Below are positions 1 through 18,550 of a stretch of DNA of 64,000 nt, one piece after another. The notes under the pieces are model-generated. The model did not search any database. It was not told where the DNA came from and saw only the letters and a list, made by a program, of their open reading frames with translations. The DNA is from Eledone cirrhosa. Lineage: Eukaryota. Position numbers and translations under genes: made by a program. Each line of letters starts with the position of its first letter. Position 1 is the stretch's first letter. The DNA lies in the NCBI GenBank assembly GCA_964016885.1, contig OZ024751.1, forward strand, positions 51,770,001 to 51,834,000, written 5' to 3'.

Positions 1-83
1 CCACCACCGGTGCTCCAGTATTTTCGCGTCCACGCTGCTTACCGACGGAAAAATTAAAGGCAGCACGGTCCGAGTTCGACCAT

Positions 84-752
84 ATGCTGCAGCTGGGCAT
101 TATTCGCCCATCTACGAGTCCTTGGGCTTCACCGTTACACATGGTGCCCAAGACTTCCGGCGACTGGAGACCCACTGGGGATTATAGGATGTTAAATGCC
201 ATGACCGTCCCGGATAGGTATCCCATTCCCCATATCCACGATTTTGCATCTTCACTGCAGGGGTGTAAGATTTTTTCTAAGTTAGATTTAGTGCGAGCCT
301 ACCACCAAATTCCGGTCAGGAAGGAGGATATTCCGAAAACGGCGATTACAACCCCTTTCGGATCATTCGAATTTTTTACCATGCCTTTCGGACTCAGGAA
401 CGCCGCTAGCACTTTTCAGCGATTCATAGACGAGGTCACGCGTGGTCTGGACTTCGTTTATGCTTACATAGACGATATTCTCGTCGCTAGTTCCTCTCCA
501 GAAGAGCATATGCGCCACATGCTTCTCTTATTTCGGCGACTTCAGGATTACCGCGTTCGCGTGAATCCTGCAAAGTGTGTTTTCGGTTCCACTTCCCTAC
601 ATTTTTTAGGCCACCTCATCGACGCCGAAGGTATTAGACCGCTCCCTCAGCGAGTTCAAGCCATACAGGAGTTACCTCCGCCTACTACACTTCACCAGTT
701 GCGTCACTTCTTAGGCCTAATCAATTTCTATCTTCCCTTACTGACATTTTAA
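84..752 (+). pseudogene. Gypsy reverse transcriptase domain, frame broken near 731
   Basis: [53 protein letters not shown]. The usual RRFIP segment is missing and the frame continues in another phase as [11 protein letters not shown]. Confidence 0.9.
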
Positions 753-784
753 AAAATCGTCGTAAGAAGAATGAAGACATTTCC

Positions 785-2542
785 TTGACACACGGACAGC
801 TTCAGGACTTCCAGTCTGCCAAGACAGCACTCGCTAGTTCTTCTTTGCTAGCCCACCCGGTACCAGAGGCCAAGCTTTCGCTTTGTGTCGATGCATCTGA
901 TACCGCTGTGGGAGCAGTTTTACAGCAGTCTTACGCTGAAAACCAACAACCTTTGGCATTTTTCTCGAGGAAGTTGAAACCAGCAGAAACGCGTTATAGC
1001 ACGTTTGGGCGGGAATTATTAGCCATATATCTGTCGGTGAAACATTTCTCTCATATTCTTGAGGGGAGAAATTTTACGGTTTTTACCGACCACAAACCGT
1101 TGACCTTCGCTTTGAGGGCCAAGGCCGACAGATATTCGCCCAGAGAGACAAGGCACCTGGACTACGTTTCACAATTTACAAACGATATCCAGCACATTGC
1201 CGGCTCGCACAACATAGTTGCAGACGCATTGTCACGTTTGCCAATTAGCTCCATCTCGTCATCCCAGGAGATCGACTTAGGTCGTTTAGCTGCAGACCAA
1301 CCTGCACTCCAATCGTTGGACACTCTTTCTACTGAATTTGCGACTTGCATTTTCAAATACCTGCCCTTGTCCACCACCGACAGGCAGATTCTATGTGATG
1401 TATCTACTGATGCACCACGACCACTTGTTCCTGAGACTCATCGTCGAATTGTGTTCCTGGCTTTGCACAACATTTCTCATCCAGGATCTGCTGCCACAGT
1501 TAAACTCATAACAGCCAGATTCTTCTGGCCAAATATGAGGCGCGACATTGCTGCTTGGTGCCGTTCCTGTATCGCTTGCCAGAAATCAAAGATCCATAGA
1601 CACATCCGGACTCCACTTGGTACTTTCAGTACTCCAGATGCTCGGTTCCAACACATCCACATTGACATCGTTAGACCTTGGCCATTCAGCAGTGGATATT
1701 CTTACATATTGACGTGTGTGGATCGTTTTTCAAGGTGGCCTGAGGCCATCCCTTTACAAGACATGACGGCTGAGACTGTAGCACGTGCCCTGGTATCAGG
1801 GTGGATTACCCGCTTTGGGGTACCAACTACACTCACCACAGACCGTGGTAGACAATTCGAGTCCCATCTCTTCTCTGAGCTCACAAAAATAATTGGAGCT
1901 CAACGGATTCGGACCACAGCCTATCATCCTGCTTCAAATGGAATGGTGGAACGATTCCACCGCCAATTAAAGGCCGCTCTTCGCGCCTATCCAGACTCTC
2001 AACGTTGGAGCGAGTACCTTCCTATTGTGTTATTAGGAATTCGGTCATCAATAAAGGAGGACCTTGGGTTCTCCCCGGCCGAATTAATTTACGGTGCTCC
2101 TCTAGCGTTGCCTGGGCAAATGCTTGCCCCGGTTGATCTTGCTTTCCAAGATCCGCTTTCCTACGTATCCCGTCTGCGTTCTTATTTTCAGGACCTGCCG
2201 CCGATGAATACGAGGAAGCAAATTGTAAAACCTGCGGTCCCGAGGGACATTGCCTCGTGGACCCATGTGTTCGTAAGGAACGATGCTGTGAGACCACCCC
2301 TCACACAACCATACTCTGGACCCTACCGTGTGTTAGCACGCACTGACAAACATTTCACTGTAGACGTTAAGGGGTCCAGAGAGACAATTTCGGTGGATAG
2401 ACTGAAAAGGGCACACAATGACGCTCATACACCCGAGCCACAAATACCCCAATCTTTCTCTCTTGTGCATACACCTGCTCTTTCTGCCCCACCTTCACCT
2501 ACATACAAAACTACGACCCGTTCCGGTCGGAGAGTCCACTAG
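785..2542 (+). CDS. Gypsy RNase H + integrase (HHCC, DDE, GPY/F)
   Basis: [35 protein letters not shown]; H..SHPG..C..C zinc site; HIDIV / TDRGRQF / GMVERFHR; PYSGPYRV. Confidence 0.9.
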   Translation: MTHGQLQDFQSAKTALASSSLLAHPVPEAKLSLCVDASDTAVGAVLQQSYAENQQPLAFFSRKLKPAETRYSTFGRELLAIYLSVKHFSHILEGRNFTVFTDHKPLTFALRAKADRYSPRETRHLDYVSQFTNDIQHIAGSHNIVADALSRLPISSISSSQEIDLGRLAADQPALQSLDTLSTEFATCIFKYLPLSTTDRQILCDVSTDAPRPLVPETHRRIVFLALHNISHPGSAATVKLITARFFWPNMRRDIAAWCRSCIACQKSKIHRHIRTPLGTFSTPDARFQHIHIDIVRPWPFSSGYSYILTCVDRFSRWPEAIPLQDMTAETVARALVSGWITRFGVPTTLTTDRGRQFESHLFSELTKIIGAQRIRTTAYHPASNGMVERFHRQLKAALRAYPDSQRWSEYLPIVLLGIRSSIKEDLGFSPAELIYGAPLALPGQMLAPVDLAFQDPLSYVSRLRSYFQDLPPMNTRKQIVKPAVPRDIASWTHVFVRNDAVRPPLTQPYSGPYRVLARTDKHFTVDVKGSRETISVDRLKRAHNDAHTPEPQIPQSFSLVHTPALSAPPSPTYKTTTRSGRRVH

Positions 2543-3344
2543 CCCAAAAAGTTCTGCCAAACTATTTTTATGTGAACTGGCCATTGGAGCCTTATATTTT
2601 TTTTTTCTTGCTGTTCTTGTTATTTATTGATTTATTGTATTACAATGTACCTATCATTACCATGTCACTGGATGTATATATATGCTTTTCGTTTCCTTTA
2701 CAACGAACATTTTAAGCTATATTCTTCTATTTGCCGGTTTATAAATTTACCACGTAAATTTGCCGTTGAAAACCGCGCATTTATTAAGAATGCTTATTTC
2801 TCTGGTCGCTGGCCTCTTGACCCTTCCAGGTCAACGCATTCACAACATCAACAACAACACAGCTTCATCAACAACTAAAACCAGCAGAACAAGCCAGACA
2901 ATTTATTTCTGCAGCACTCTGCCTGTGAGAAATTCCCTTCAGAAGTTGGAAATTTCATGTTATACCACAGACCAGAAACCACCTGCATTCATTCTCTGGA
3001 ACACATTCTTTACTGCTGTCATGTAATTGCACACATGTTAACTGTATTTTAGATATTTGAACTTTTGACCTCTTCTCTTACTTTTATTACTTTGTACCAT
3101 AATTTTCATGCCTCTTACATGCTCGCCATCTTACTCCGTTCATGCTTCTTTCGATTTTTATGTTTTAAAAATCTGGCGGGAGGTAATGTAGCAAGAGTTG
3201 CCTCTCTTGTCATGACAATCTCATCACCGCTCTCTAGACAGGAAGTAGCTGGAGTTGCTTCCCTTTGGGATTGACAGACTCCCTGTTGGTCACTTCTGGT
3301 CAATTCCTATAAATCTCCTATACCAATACCAATCTCATAAATGA

Positions 3345-3605
3345 CTAACATTTAACTAATGCATAACTAATTTATAACTACATTTAACTTATGTATGACT
3401 AATTTATAACTACATTTAACTAATGTATAACTAATTTATAACTACATTTAACTTATGTATAACTAATTTATAAATATATTTAACTAATGTATAACTAATT
3501 TATAACTACATTTAACTTATGTATAACTAATTTATAACTACATTTAACTTATGTATAACTAATTTATAACTACATTTAACTTATGTATAACTAATTTATA
3601 AATAT
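3345..3605. repeat. 32-bp AT-rich minisatellite (~8 units; one more unit near 4090-4130)
   Basis: Head-to-tail TAACTACATTTAACTTATGTATAACTAATTTA with no spacers. Confidence 0.9.
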
Positions 3606-4028
3606 AAGTATGTATACGTACATACATATATGTATACAGACGTACAGTAGTATGTATATATATATACATACATGCACACATATATATGTACGTATGGATT
3701 CACCGAACATTTATTATAATGCTCGGTGTCTTTGTAAACAAACATTCCGAATTAAGCCGTACGGCTTAATTCGGAATGTTTGTTTATAATTCGGAATGCT
3801 TGTTTACAAACACACCAAGCATTATAATAAATGTTCGGTGAATCCATACGTACATATATATATGTGTGCATGTATGTATATATATATATATATACACACC
3901 GAGCATTATAATAAATGTTCGGTGAATCCATACGTACATATATATGTGTGTGCATGTATGTATATATATATACATACTACTGTACGTCTGTATACATATA
4001 TGTATGTACGTATACATACTTATATTTA
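3599..4028. repeat. Large palindrome / foldback with duplications in the right arm
   Basis: Spacer-free centre ...TTCCGAATTAAGCCGT|ACGGCTTAATTCGGAA at 3760/3761; outer ends TAAATATAAGTATGTATACG and CGTATACATACTTATATTTA are reverse complements. Confidence 0.9.
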
Positions 4029-4227
4029 AGTAACAGCCGTACTAAGAGTGAGAAATGAAATTTCGTTTCATTTTTTCCGTTTCATTTATAATTACATTTA
4101 ACTTATGTATAATTAATTTATAAATACTTCTAACTTACTTTTCACTTTTTTCTTTTATATAATAGAATTTTTTCTTGTTTATTTTTTAAGCATTCGAACG
4201 GAATAAAATTCTGAAATACCGTGATAT

Positions 4228-4506
4228 ATATAATGAAATTATTGTGTACAGGGCTCAGGTGCATTACAACTCATCAAAGGTGTATGTATAATACATAAAA
4301 TAATTGTTTCTATTTTTGGCACAAAGCCAGTAATTATTCCAGTACATTACTGGTACTTTATTTTATCGACCCCGTAAGGATGAAAGGCAATGTACAAATG
4401 TCAGGAAAGTCAACAGTGTATGAACTATGATATACATGTGTGCGTGTGTTTGGAGGAGGGGGCGGGGGATATCAGGTGTAGTGTTGGCGAATTTCAGGAA
4501 GCATGT
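4228..4506 (-). mobile_element. 3' fragment of the CR1 family seen at 30158-35317, interrupted by a SINE piece (~4300-4388)
   Basis: ATAATGAAATTATTGTGTACAG..CTCAGGTGCA.TACAACTCATCAAAGGTG and TCAGGTGTAG..TTGGCG match 30160-30475. Confidence 0.8.
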
Positions 4507-4514
4507 CGGCTAAC

Positions 4515-4760
4515 TACATTTTCCAGACTGAGGCGTTCGAGACGCATAACAGAGGTAACTGGTGATGCTCGAGGGGGCGATTGGCTGTTCCAACGCATCA
4601 TCCTCGCCATCACCCGAAGTAACATTGCGAGCGTGCTAGCTTGCCTCAAAAATTATTAGAGAGCTTTCACAGTGCTCCTCGTAATATTGTTACCTTTTGC
4701 TCTGGTAGCGGTTGGTTTGTGCACCTCTTTCGCCTGCCTTTTGTTGTATTTGATCCTACC
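4515..4760 (+). mobile_element. CRE-clade non-LTR retrotransposon 3' fragment
   Basis: RRITEVTGDARGGDWLFQRIILAITRSNIASVL resembles the CRE C-terminus (WLFQRVSLAVLRGNA at ~59480). Confidence 0.7.
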
Positions 4761-5087
4761 TGCTTATGTGTTGTTTTTTTCTCTTTTCTTTCCTTTTATA
4801 TATTATATTTGTTTGTGTTTTCGTTCTGTGGGCATTTATGATCTGAGTTCAAATCCCGCCGAGGTTAACTTTGCCTTTCGTCCTACGGGGTCGATAAAAT
4901 AAAGTACCAGTAATGTACTGGGTAATTGCTGGCCTTGTGCTTAAAATAGACACAATTATTATATTTATTATACAACTGTGAATAAAACTTTATTACTATA
5001 CAGCGTTTGTCCGCGTGCAATTAAACTGCATATAAACGTTTTATTTATAGAGTTTGGGGGCATATTAATAATTGATTATAGCTTATT

Positions 5088-6016
5088 ACTAGCAGAATGG
5101 CTCGGCGTTGCTCGGGATTTGTTCTAGGGTTCTTATATATTTTATATATATTTATCCTTATCGAGCCTCGTGAAATAAATACGTTTGTTTATATTTTGTT
5201 ATTGTGTATGCAAAAATATCTGTACACGAATATATAATTATATTTGTTAAATTATCCTGAGTCAGTTTTCTGCTTTGGTCTCTGCGGCTGGCTTGCCGGT
5301 CGCAACCTTCAATTTGCAAAGCTGTCTAAACGTAATGTTATTACTCTAAGGTAAAATACCTTATTGGGTGCTTAGCTGCACATTCCGATTGCATTCGTTA
5401 GCTTAGCTGCAGCCAGAGCTTCGATTATGCTGTACTTCCATTTGTATATATATATATATTAAAATAACAGATTAAAGTTTAAGCAAAGAATCGCTGCTTT
5501 CACCCTTAACGGGATCTTCTGAAACTAAAAAAATCAATCTGTGAACGCAGAAATAAATATTTCGAAAAAAGTTACACACTATATATATATATACACAATA
5601 ATCGTTGGCCTTGTTTGTTCATATTTTGTTTTTGTGTATGCAAAAATATCTGTCAGTGATGCATGTGATTATGTAATCGCCGGCCTTGTTTGTTTATATT
5701 TTGTTTTTGTGTACGCAAAAATATCTGTACACGAATATCTATATTAAAATAACATATTAAAGTTTAAGCAAACAATCGCTGCTTTCACCCTTAATGGGAT
5801 CTTCTGAAACTAAAAAAAATCAATCTGTGAACGCAGAAATAAATATTTCGAAAAACGTTGCAACCGAAGGAAAACAGGAAGACGATACTTTGGTTCGTGA
5901 AGACGTTCCCTGGCATAAGAATATATATATACACACACTATATATACATATATACACACACACACATTGATCGCGTCATAATGACGTAATGCAGACAGCC
6001 AGACATACAGACAGGG
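5088..6016 (+). mobile_element. Non-autonomous Helitron/Helentron-like element with internal duplication
   Basis: Starts TACTAGCAGAATGGCTCGGCGTTGCTCGGG (ACTAG plus short hairpin) and ends in ACAG-type repeats. A ~110-bp block is duplicated (5457-5570, 5743-5855) and a reverse-complement piece lies at 18461-18500. Confidence 0.55.
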
Positions 6017-6634
6017 AGTCGATAAAATAAAGTACCAGTAATGCACTGGGTAATTGCTGGCCTTGTGCCTAAAGTAGAAACAATTATAAGGGCGCGACGT
6101 TATATCTGTATCTATCTAAAAAGAAAGACTAAGAGAGAGAGATATCGCTAAATCGCCTAATGCGGTCCCTAAGGCATTAAAAATTTAAATTTTTTTTTCT
6201 CAAAACACTCACAGGACCATAAGTATTACATGTGTAAAGTTTGAAAATGTTTTTCTTAATGTTATTGCTCCTACTTAAGGTCGACTTCTAAATCAGCTGA
6301 GTGTTGCATAAACTACATCCTCGTTTCACATCTATCTAGACAATATTTTAATATGTAATCCATGTTTCATTTCTGTTGCACCTCATCTCTCTCTCTCTCT
6401 CTTTCGCCACACACACGCATAGAATCATACACACATACACATATGCAGAAAATGCGTACACAAATACGCGCACCATATACAAATCCTAAACATGCACACA
6501 TCTAAACATCATATATCCATGAATCCAAATTCCGCAGATATCAACTTTTGAGGTCGATAAAAAATATATCAGTGCAGTGCTAAGATCGATTCTTCTTCTA
6601 TATCTCTTTCTCACTTCCTCTCTATCACACACAC

Positions 6635-7277
<643 letters not shown>

Positions 7278-7340
7278 TACATATACACACACACGCGCAC
7301 ACATAAACATATCTATACACACACATACACACGATAGCAA

Positions 7341-7720
7341 CTAACAGCGCTGGGATCGAATGTGGCTTTTTAGCCCAGCCAATGATCTAAAATGTCTTGC
7401 ACAGAGTCGGCAACCAAAACATTCACTGGGAATAGCCGGCTGTGGTTGGAGTTCATGTACTTTTGCATGTCGCTTGAGCCCTCCTGCTGATTTACATTCT
7501 CTATCACGTTTGGCAAGCATGATGAGTAGCATCTCCAACAGCAGCCTCGTAGTCAACCACTGGTCTTACTTTATGACTGCGAAGATGAGTCCAGCTTTGC
7601 TTAGGCAGAGTCTCGCACAGACGCTGCATGTCAGCACCATAGGAGGACCCTCGCCGTCTGGAAGTGCAACAGCAATGCCCTTCCTCACATCCCGCTTTAC
7701 TTTCTCGTATGCGATTCGAG
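7341..7720 (-). mobile_element. RTE-like LINE C-terminal fragment with tandem C2H2 zinc fingers
   Basis: ECKSAGGLKRHAKVH and CRLCARHFRSLAGLKSHIRSQ; degenerate and frameshifted. Confidence 0.6.
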
Positions 7721-9035
7721 ATGACATACATACATACATACATACATGATGGCTGCCCTCTCGTTATCGAGTAAGGCCATTGCATGATATACCATTAGAA
7801 TTATTAATTCTATCGTGCAATGCCTGTGCGTGAAGATATTTTTTAAAGTGAGGAAAGACTGTGCACTGAGCCAATCCCACTCTCTGAGCGACAGTAGCTA
7901 TAACTCGAAAAGAAGAAAGGATCAACATCATCGGTAACTACTGTGCCGCAGGTTTTATATCGGAGTTATCCCAGTTTCCTGAGTTGCCTTTTCCTAGAAG
8001 AATGCTCTGACAAAGGCTAGGGGTTCTTCACTACCAGTGATTTAACCGCGCGATCGAGTGTCCAGCCCGACTATTTCTATGTCCCCGCGCATATACATAC
8101 ATACGTACATGTGTTTACATACGTACATATATTTACACACTTTGGGATGGCCGTTGACTCTTATGAGTTCATCCGCCCTTTGTCAGGTTTTGTTTTTTGT
8201 CCTGCAGGGTGTCCAAAATCACCCTCCTCACCAAGTAGATTTGGTGGGGTTGCCGGTTTAGTCGCCGACGCCCCGACCATGCGACAGGTTGTACTGGGTT
8301 ACATGTTACTAGTAGCATTCAAGAGTGACCCGATACATACACACACACATTACATACATACATCCATACACACACATACATATATCTTCTAATGAATACT
8401 AGACTCGAAAATCGATTAAAGATAGTTAATTTTTTTTTTTTCCACCAACAATCTATATCATAAGAGCGCTATCTGTCTGTCCCTCCGTTCGACACGCTCA
8501 CTTAGAGAGAGAGTGTGTGTGTGTATGTGTGTGTGACAGAAGGAGGGAAAAGGCGACGTCGCTCTCATGTTACAATGAAATGCGTATGTTTTTATCGTGG
8601 CTTTCAACAATATATGAAGAGTTATCTGCTCTTACATTCCTGACTCGATCTTATTTTAAAATCTTTGATGCTATAAACCGAATCATATTACAAGGTAAAT
8701 GGAAATATATTTTAGTTTTTAGTTTTTTTATTTTTACTATTATTACTTGTCTCACTAGCTCTTTTTGATTACCAACTGTAAGGAGTATTCTATACTTCCC
8801 CTTGCCTGTCATGGCTTACTAGCTCTATACGGACGTTTAAATTGAATAAATAAATAAATACATCTGTTTAAAATTTTAGTCTGCAAAACTGTGCAACTAT
8901 TAAGCCTTAGCCTCACCCCTTCCTCATATCTGAGGGCGGTCGGGGGTCATGAACTTTAATACTAGTGAGAGACCAACACTCTCTCACTAGTATTAAAAGT
9001 TACGTATTAATCAAATCACTTATTGGTCTCCTTAA

Positions 9036-9242
9036 CCCGTTAGCGTTTAAACCGGCCTAATTCTCTCACCTCTTTCTGTTCAAACCAGCCTTAACTGGCC
9101 ACTCATACCGACTTTAAGGTATTGTTTTCAAAATAAATATCAAAATCTCATAGTTTCCATATTATGTGGGATAATTCTGTGAGGTAAAGCCTTTACCACA
9201 AGAATACAATAGTATATATAGAGTAATATAAATGCTAAAGGG
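9036..9242. mobile_element. piggyBac-type MITE (family copies at ~38751-39006, 41586-41793, 53679-53889, ~58946-59140)
   Basis: TTAA|CCCGTTAGCGTTTA ... TAAATGCTAAAGGG|TTAA: TTAA target duplication and CCC...GGG termini; internal sequence shared among copies. Confidence 0.8.
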
Positions 9243-9937
9243 TTAAACATTATCCATTATACAAATCACTTATTGTTTGTTCTTGATAACAAGAAGAAAA
9301 AGAATATATATGGTATGGTGTGGTATGATATGCTATAATATATATGGTATGATATGATATAATATAGATGCAAACCTTGGAGAAACTTAAACAAAATAAA
9401 AAGTGAGTCATCATCATATTAAGTTGTTGATTATTGATCGAGGTCAACAAAAACTTTCACTTTCTATCTTTTTGTCGCTTTCATTAATATGTGAAGAGTT
9501 ATCTGCTCTTACATTCCTGTTAGTTTCCAATCTCCGACAGAGCATATCGCATCATACGACAGGTAAGTTGTGAATTATTCAGCACTATTTATCCAGAAGT
9601 TTACGACTAATTTACATATTACATGTAACTTATTTTCAATTCTTGTGTGTTTATTTTCACCTAATAGAATATTTTATTTCTCTAAAATAGTTTTCATTTC
9701 GGTAAAATTATAAAATACACGTACCTTCGATTTCAGGTGGGAGGAAATTTTTTTTTATATCTAAAATACTCGCAATCGATTTTTTTTTTCCAGGAAAACG
9801 AAGGAGGTGTCCCCCCATGGTGTTTGTTATAGGCGGAAACGTCTAGATTTGTAGAAAAAGAGGGTTAAAGGGGGCGAAGACCATTTGGTAGGAAATAATC
9901 ATACTTCCTCGTGTTTTTTTTCTTTTTTGTGTCCTAA

Positions 9938-10297
9938 CAACTAATCTGACCTCTTAGATGCTCGTAATCGACTTTTTCCCGGAAAACGGAAACCCTAACC
10001 CTAAACATAAACTTAATCCCAACCCTAAACTTAATCAGGGGAAAAATAATTATTTCCCACCAAATGCCAGGTGTGTGAATCTGCGAACTCCGATAGTCTT
10101 GCGCCTTCTTTCCCCCTCACCCTTTTTTTACAAATCTAGCTGTTTCTGACTGGTTTGGAGGTCATATTTGGAATAAAAATCGTAGCGAAAACTCCGAAGA
10201 GAGGGTGGGGGACTGATCCCGGAAAGGGGCACCCCACTCCCTTCGTTTTCCGGGGAAAAAAAGTCGATTGCGAGCATCTTGGAGGTTAGATTCGTTG
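9938..10297. mobile_element. MITE-like element with ~50-bp imperfect terminal inverted repeats and internal CCCTAA-like repeats
   Basis: 9938-9990 is the imperfect reverse complement of 10243-10297; a third partial copy lies at 9768-9815. Confidence 0.6.
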
Positions 10298-12359
10298 ATA
10301 TCACACGATAAAGAAAAAAAAAAATGAATAAAAATAATTTTTCCCATTGAAATTGAAGGGATTGTTCTATAATAATGTCTTCTTTCCTGTATCATAATGT
10401 ATTGTTTATTAGGCGGGTTGTACATGTTTTGTTCACCTGTAGCTAATTTTTCGTCCAATTACATCTCAAGGCGGGAACAAATTAAGCCTACATTGGCCCT
10501 GCGTGTTTTATAGTTGCGAAAAAAAAATGGAATTTGCGATCCTTTAAATCTTATGTCACTCCTAGCTGAAAATTGTATAGAGAGTCTTGCGTATTATTTA
10601 TGATAGACAAAAAAATTGATTTGGGGTCCTTTAAATATTCTGAGTGGAGGCTAACAGCAACCTACTCACCACACGCAAATCCGCCAGTGTCTTTGGGAAG
10701 CGAGTGATATTTTTAGTTATTTGAGAAATAAATGAATTTAACGCGATGATTTTTTTTAATAACGGTAGATTAATGAGAAGTGAAAACAAGCAGAAAAAAT
10801 TAAGATTAACATTAGTTAATCTCTCAAAACATCAACTGGTATTCGGGTTAGAATATTGATTTGTGGATACAATCAAGTTTATATTGATCGATTTTTTTAT
10901 TTATTTGTATACTATCCGAATGTATAAAGAAAAATATTGTGTGTCGCTGAGAATCGTTTTATTTCAGGTCAGAATAGCGTACTATCTTTGAAAGTTGCCT
11001 CATATTTAATCAATTATTGTTAGTCCTCCATCCTCCAATACCTACAAAAGCGCTGCGAGAATGGAATGCGTCTTGTTTTTTATGGTCACTTTAGATAGAG
11101 TTATCTGCTCCTGCATTCCTTTCATTACAACTGACGTATTTTCCACTATAGAAAATATTACACAATTTTTACATGGAAAATTTGGAAGAAAAAAGTTAAA
11201 CATAAAAACGAGTTCGCGCTAGTTTCGTATACTTTACCAGAATATTTTGTTAGTGGTTTTCTGGCATATATGATCAGTTTACTTTTAACAGATAATATTT
11301 TGTTAATAAACCGCAGTCTTATTTCTTTTGTCACTTGACAACCTTTAAAATCGCGATTATTTCAGGTGAGAGAAAATACCGATAAGCTATAAAAATTCGA
11401 TCATTTTGTTCTTATTTCTAGCATTTATGGTGTGCTGTCTTCATTATCATTCAGCCAGGATTTTTCGATGTCCTCAACATTTCGGATGTGGTCATAAGGC
11501 AACGTCTACTGAACATATCTGCAGTTCTGTAGACTCTACAAGTTTTTTTTTCCAATTACGACTTATGGTTAATTTTTTTTTTTTTTTTTTGCTCCCTATA
11601 GGGTATTGGACTAATTTTGGCGTTTCTGTAGCAAATTCGATTAATAGAGCCAAGGTTGCTAGCCTCGCGCTCCACCCCTTCTCCCTTTAAATAAATATAT
11701 TTATATACAGAGAGAGAGCGTTTACAGGAGTAGAACTATTTCATTCGTAAGTATTCATCAGGAAAGCTTTCTAGTCCTGTAGAAGCCATTTCTATATTAA
11801 ATTTTGTATATACTCTAATGTATTGAATTCTTCACTTACTGTGGTTAACCCCCGATTGAACCCGAGGTTCATATATCTACATATATATGTGTGTGTGTGT
11901 GGTGTGGTGTGTGTGTTTATCCCGGGTTCCTGATGATTTCTCCCGAATGAAACAGTTCTAGTCCTGTAGAAGCCATTTCTATATTAAATTTTTTTTTTCT
12001 TTCCTTTAAATAGTTATATGTAGTTGTGTACGTGTATACGCTTTGATCAACTATAAATAGCTTTGTGTGTGGTTGACAAGAAACATTGTATGAATAAATG
12101 AAATGATCTCGTCCAGTTTGCTGTATTCGTTTCTCATTCTTGTCTCGTATGTATGTATATAAAGACACGTATGAGTGGATGAGGAAACCCTTAATCTAAG
12201 TCTATCCCTAAATTGTGCATACGCAATTAATTCAGTGAAAATGTTATTTAGTTATTTTGAATTCAGTAAATTATTTTAACCTCAAATTCCGAAATGAATT
12301 TGAAGAAAATCCTATAAAATATAACTAGTTTTATATTCCTTCCAGTAGTTATTACTGGT

Positions 12360-12825
12360 TAAAAGTTGATGGAAGCCTTGGAGTGGGGAGACCCAAGAAG
12401 ACCTGAGATGAGATGATAAAAGCTGATCTTGCCCAATTGCACCTCTCAAAGGCAATGACACAGGACCGAGACCTCTGGCGTTACGCAGTAATACAGAAGA
12501 CCCGACTTCCCACGGGTACAAGCTGAGCATATAGACAGTATGCCCCATCCCCCCCCCCTCACTGTAAAGTGGTCGTGTAGGTGTCATGACAAAAAAGCAC
12601 CCAGTCCACACTGTAAAGTGGTCGTGTAGGTGCCACGGTAAAAAGCACCCAGTACTCACTGTAAATGAGGTTGGTGTTCGGAATGGCATCCAGCTGTAGA
12701 AATCAAGCCAAAATCAGTTCCTGTATGAGCAAGACATGGTCACCTGACCTGGCATTGCCCACAACAGGACAACCCATCTAACCCATGCTAGCATGGAAGA
12801 ATGGACGTAAAACGGTGATGATGAT
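12360..12825 (+). mobile_element. RTE LINE 3' end, subfamily B (inverted copy at 57625-58095)
   Basis: Encodes GRPKKT..MIKADLAQLHLSKAMTQDRDLWRYAVIQKTR, followed by a 3' UTR containing GGCATCCAGCTGTAGAAA and a GATGATGAT tail. Confidence 0.8.
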
Positions 12826-13822
12826 AGCGCATCTCAGCATTCTTCGGAAGTAATGCATTCACTATTTTGTTCACAAAGACAAAACATTTGCATCAATTGA
12901 TGTGAATTACATATCTAAATAACATTTAAAAATAGTTTCTCGTCTAGCTGAGAATTGCTTTATTTAAAGCCATAAAATTATATTGTTAAACGTTGAATTT
13001 TATTCAAATTAAGTATTGCTAATTCTTGGCCAATGACTGCATCAGTGTTAAAGGAGAATGGAATGTATATTTCATATAATTCAGAAACATACTTAAGAGT
13101 TGTCTCCCATAACTTCCAATAAAAAATAAGTATCGCATGTTTTAGAGTCCGGACATTAACGGACAAGGCGGCGAATTGGCAGAGTCGTTAGAACGTCAGA
13201 TAGAATGATTTATGGCAGGCATGTCACACATGCAGCCCCTAACAAGCACACCTGCGACCCACGCAAAGGTTTTAGTGTGAGCATGTTTTATCTTCGTTGC
13301 TGCACCAAAATAGCGTGAGGAAGGAATGACGGATTGCACCAGACATCGTTGATTTTTTTTTTTCATGGCAACTCGTTTGTCATCTTGTTGGCAGAGCGTA
13401 GCTGATATACACTTTCCAACCGATGGTGTGGTTTGTAGAGTGTACTTGGTGTATTTTATCGCATCATCTTGTTCCTTCCTATGATAACATTTTAAAAAGA
13501 TAGCTTTTGTTTTGTTTTTTGTTCTTTTAGTTGAAATTCCTGCAAGGGAAGACAACTAAACCAGGTAGCTCGAATAATTATCAGAACATTGTTATTGTTT
13601 GTTATGTTATTGTTGTTGTTGTTTGGAGAAGGGATAAGAAATACAATGAAAACAATCCTAAATATGTTAAAAAAATCTTTGACAAAACAAAACTTATTGA
13701 GAATATAATGTTTTGAAAATTTAATTCTTTCATAATGAAGTAGACAAATATAAACCAATATATATAATCATTGTATTGTTCTGTCATGTATTTCCTTGAC
13801 TTTCTCATAAACAAGCACACAC

Positions 13823-13860
<38 letters not shown>

Positions 13861-14241
13861 CACACGTGTGTGTGTGTGTGTGTATACATGCATATATACA
13901 CACCTATACATAGACACATGCATACATTTGCTTCCTTGTGGTTGTCCAATGAAATTAACGTTTGTGACCATCTCCTTTATTGCTTCAGTTACTGACTGTA
14001 CATTATAATTCCTGTTGACTCATATTGGGTTTACAGACATCAAAAGTAAATGTTTTGCTTGATAAGGTCAAGTGTTAGGGCTGCATGCATGTGTCTTTTC
14101 CAGTTTCTGGTGCTGAAGGAATTCCTCATCCTCCATCTCCTTTTAATAGTGAGACTTTTAAGATAAATGACAGCTAGTGGTGTCTTCAACTCTAGAAGGA
14201 TTGAGGCTGATCCTCTTCCAAGTAGCACATTTGCACACACA

Positions 14242-18550
<4,309 letters not shown>

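Larger units (their letters stand above)
1..3340 (+). mobile_element. Ty3/Gypsy LTR retrotransposon, 3' part (pol, PPT, start of 3' LTR), decayed
   Basis: RT, RNase H and integrase occur in Gypsy order. A purine-rich tract GGCGGGAGGTAA (3175-3186) is followed by TGTAGCAAG at 3187, a TG-initiated LTR that is lost in the minisatellite at ~3340. Confidence 0.92.

Noticed and set aside
3345-3605. 32-bp repeats as a CRISPR array
   Set aside because: Head-to-tail with no unique spacers, no cas genes, eukaryotic context.
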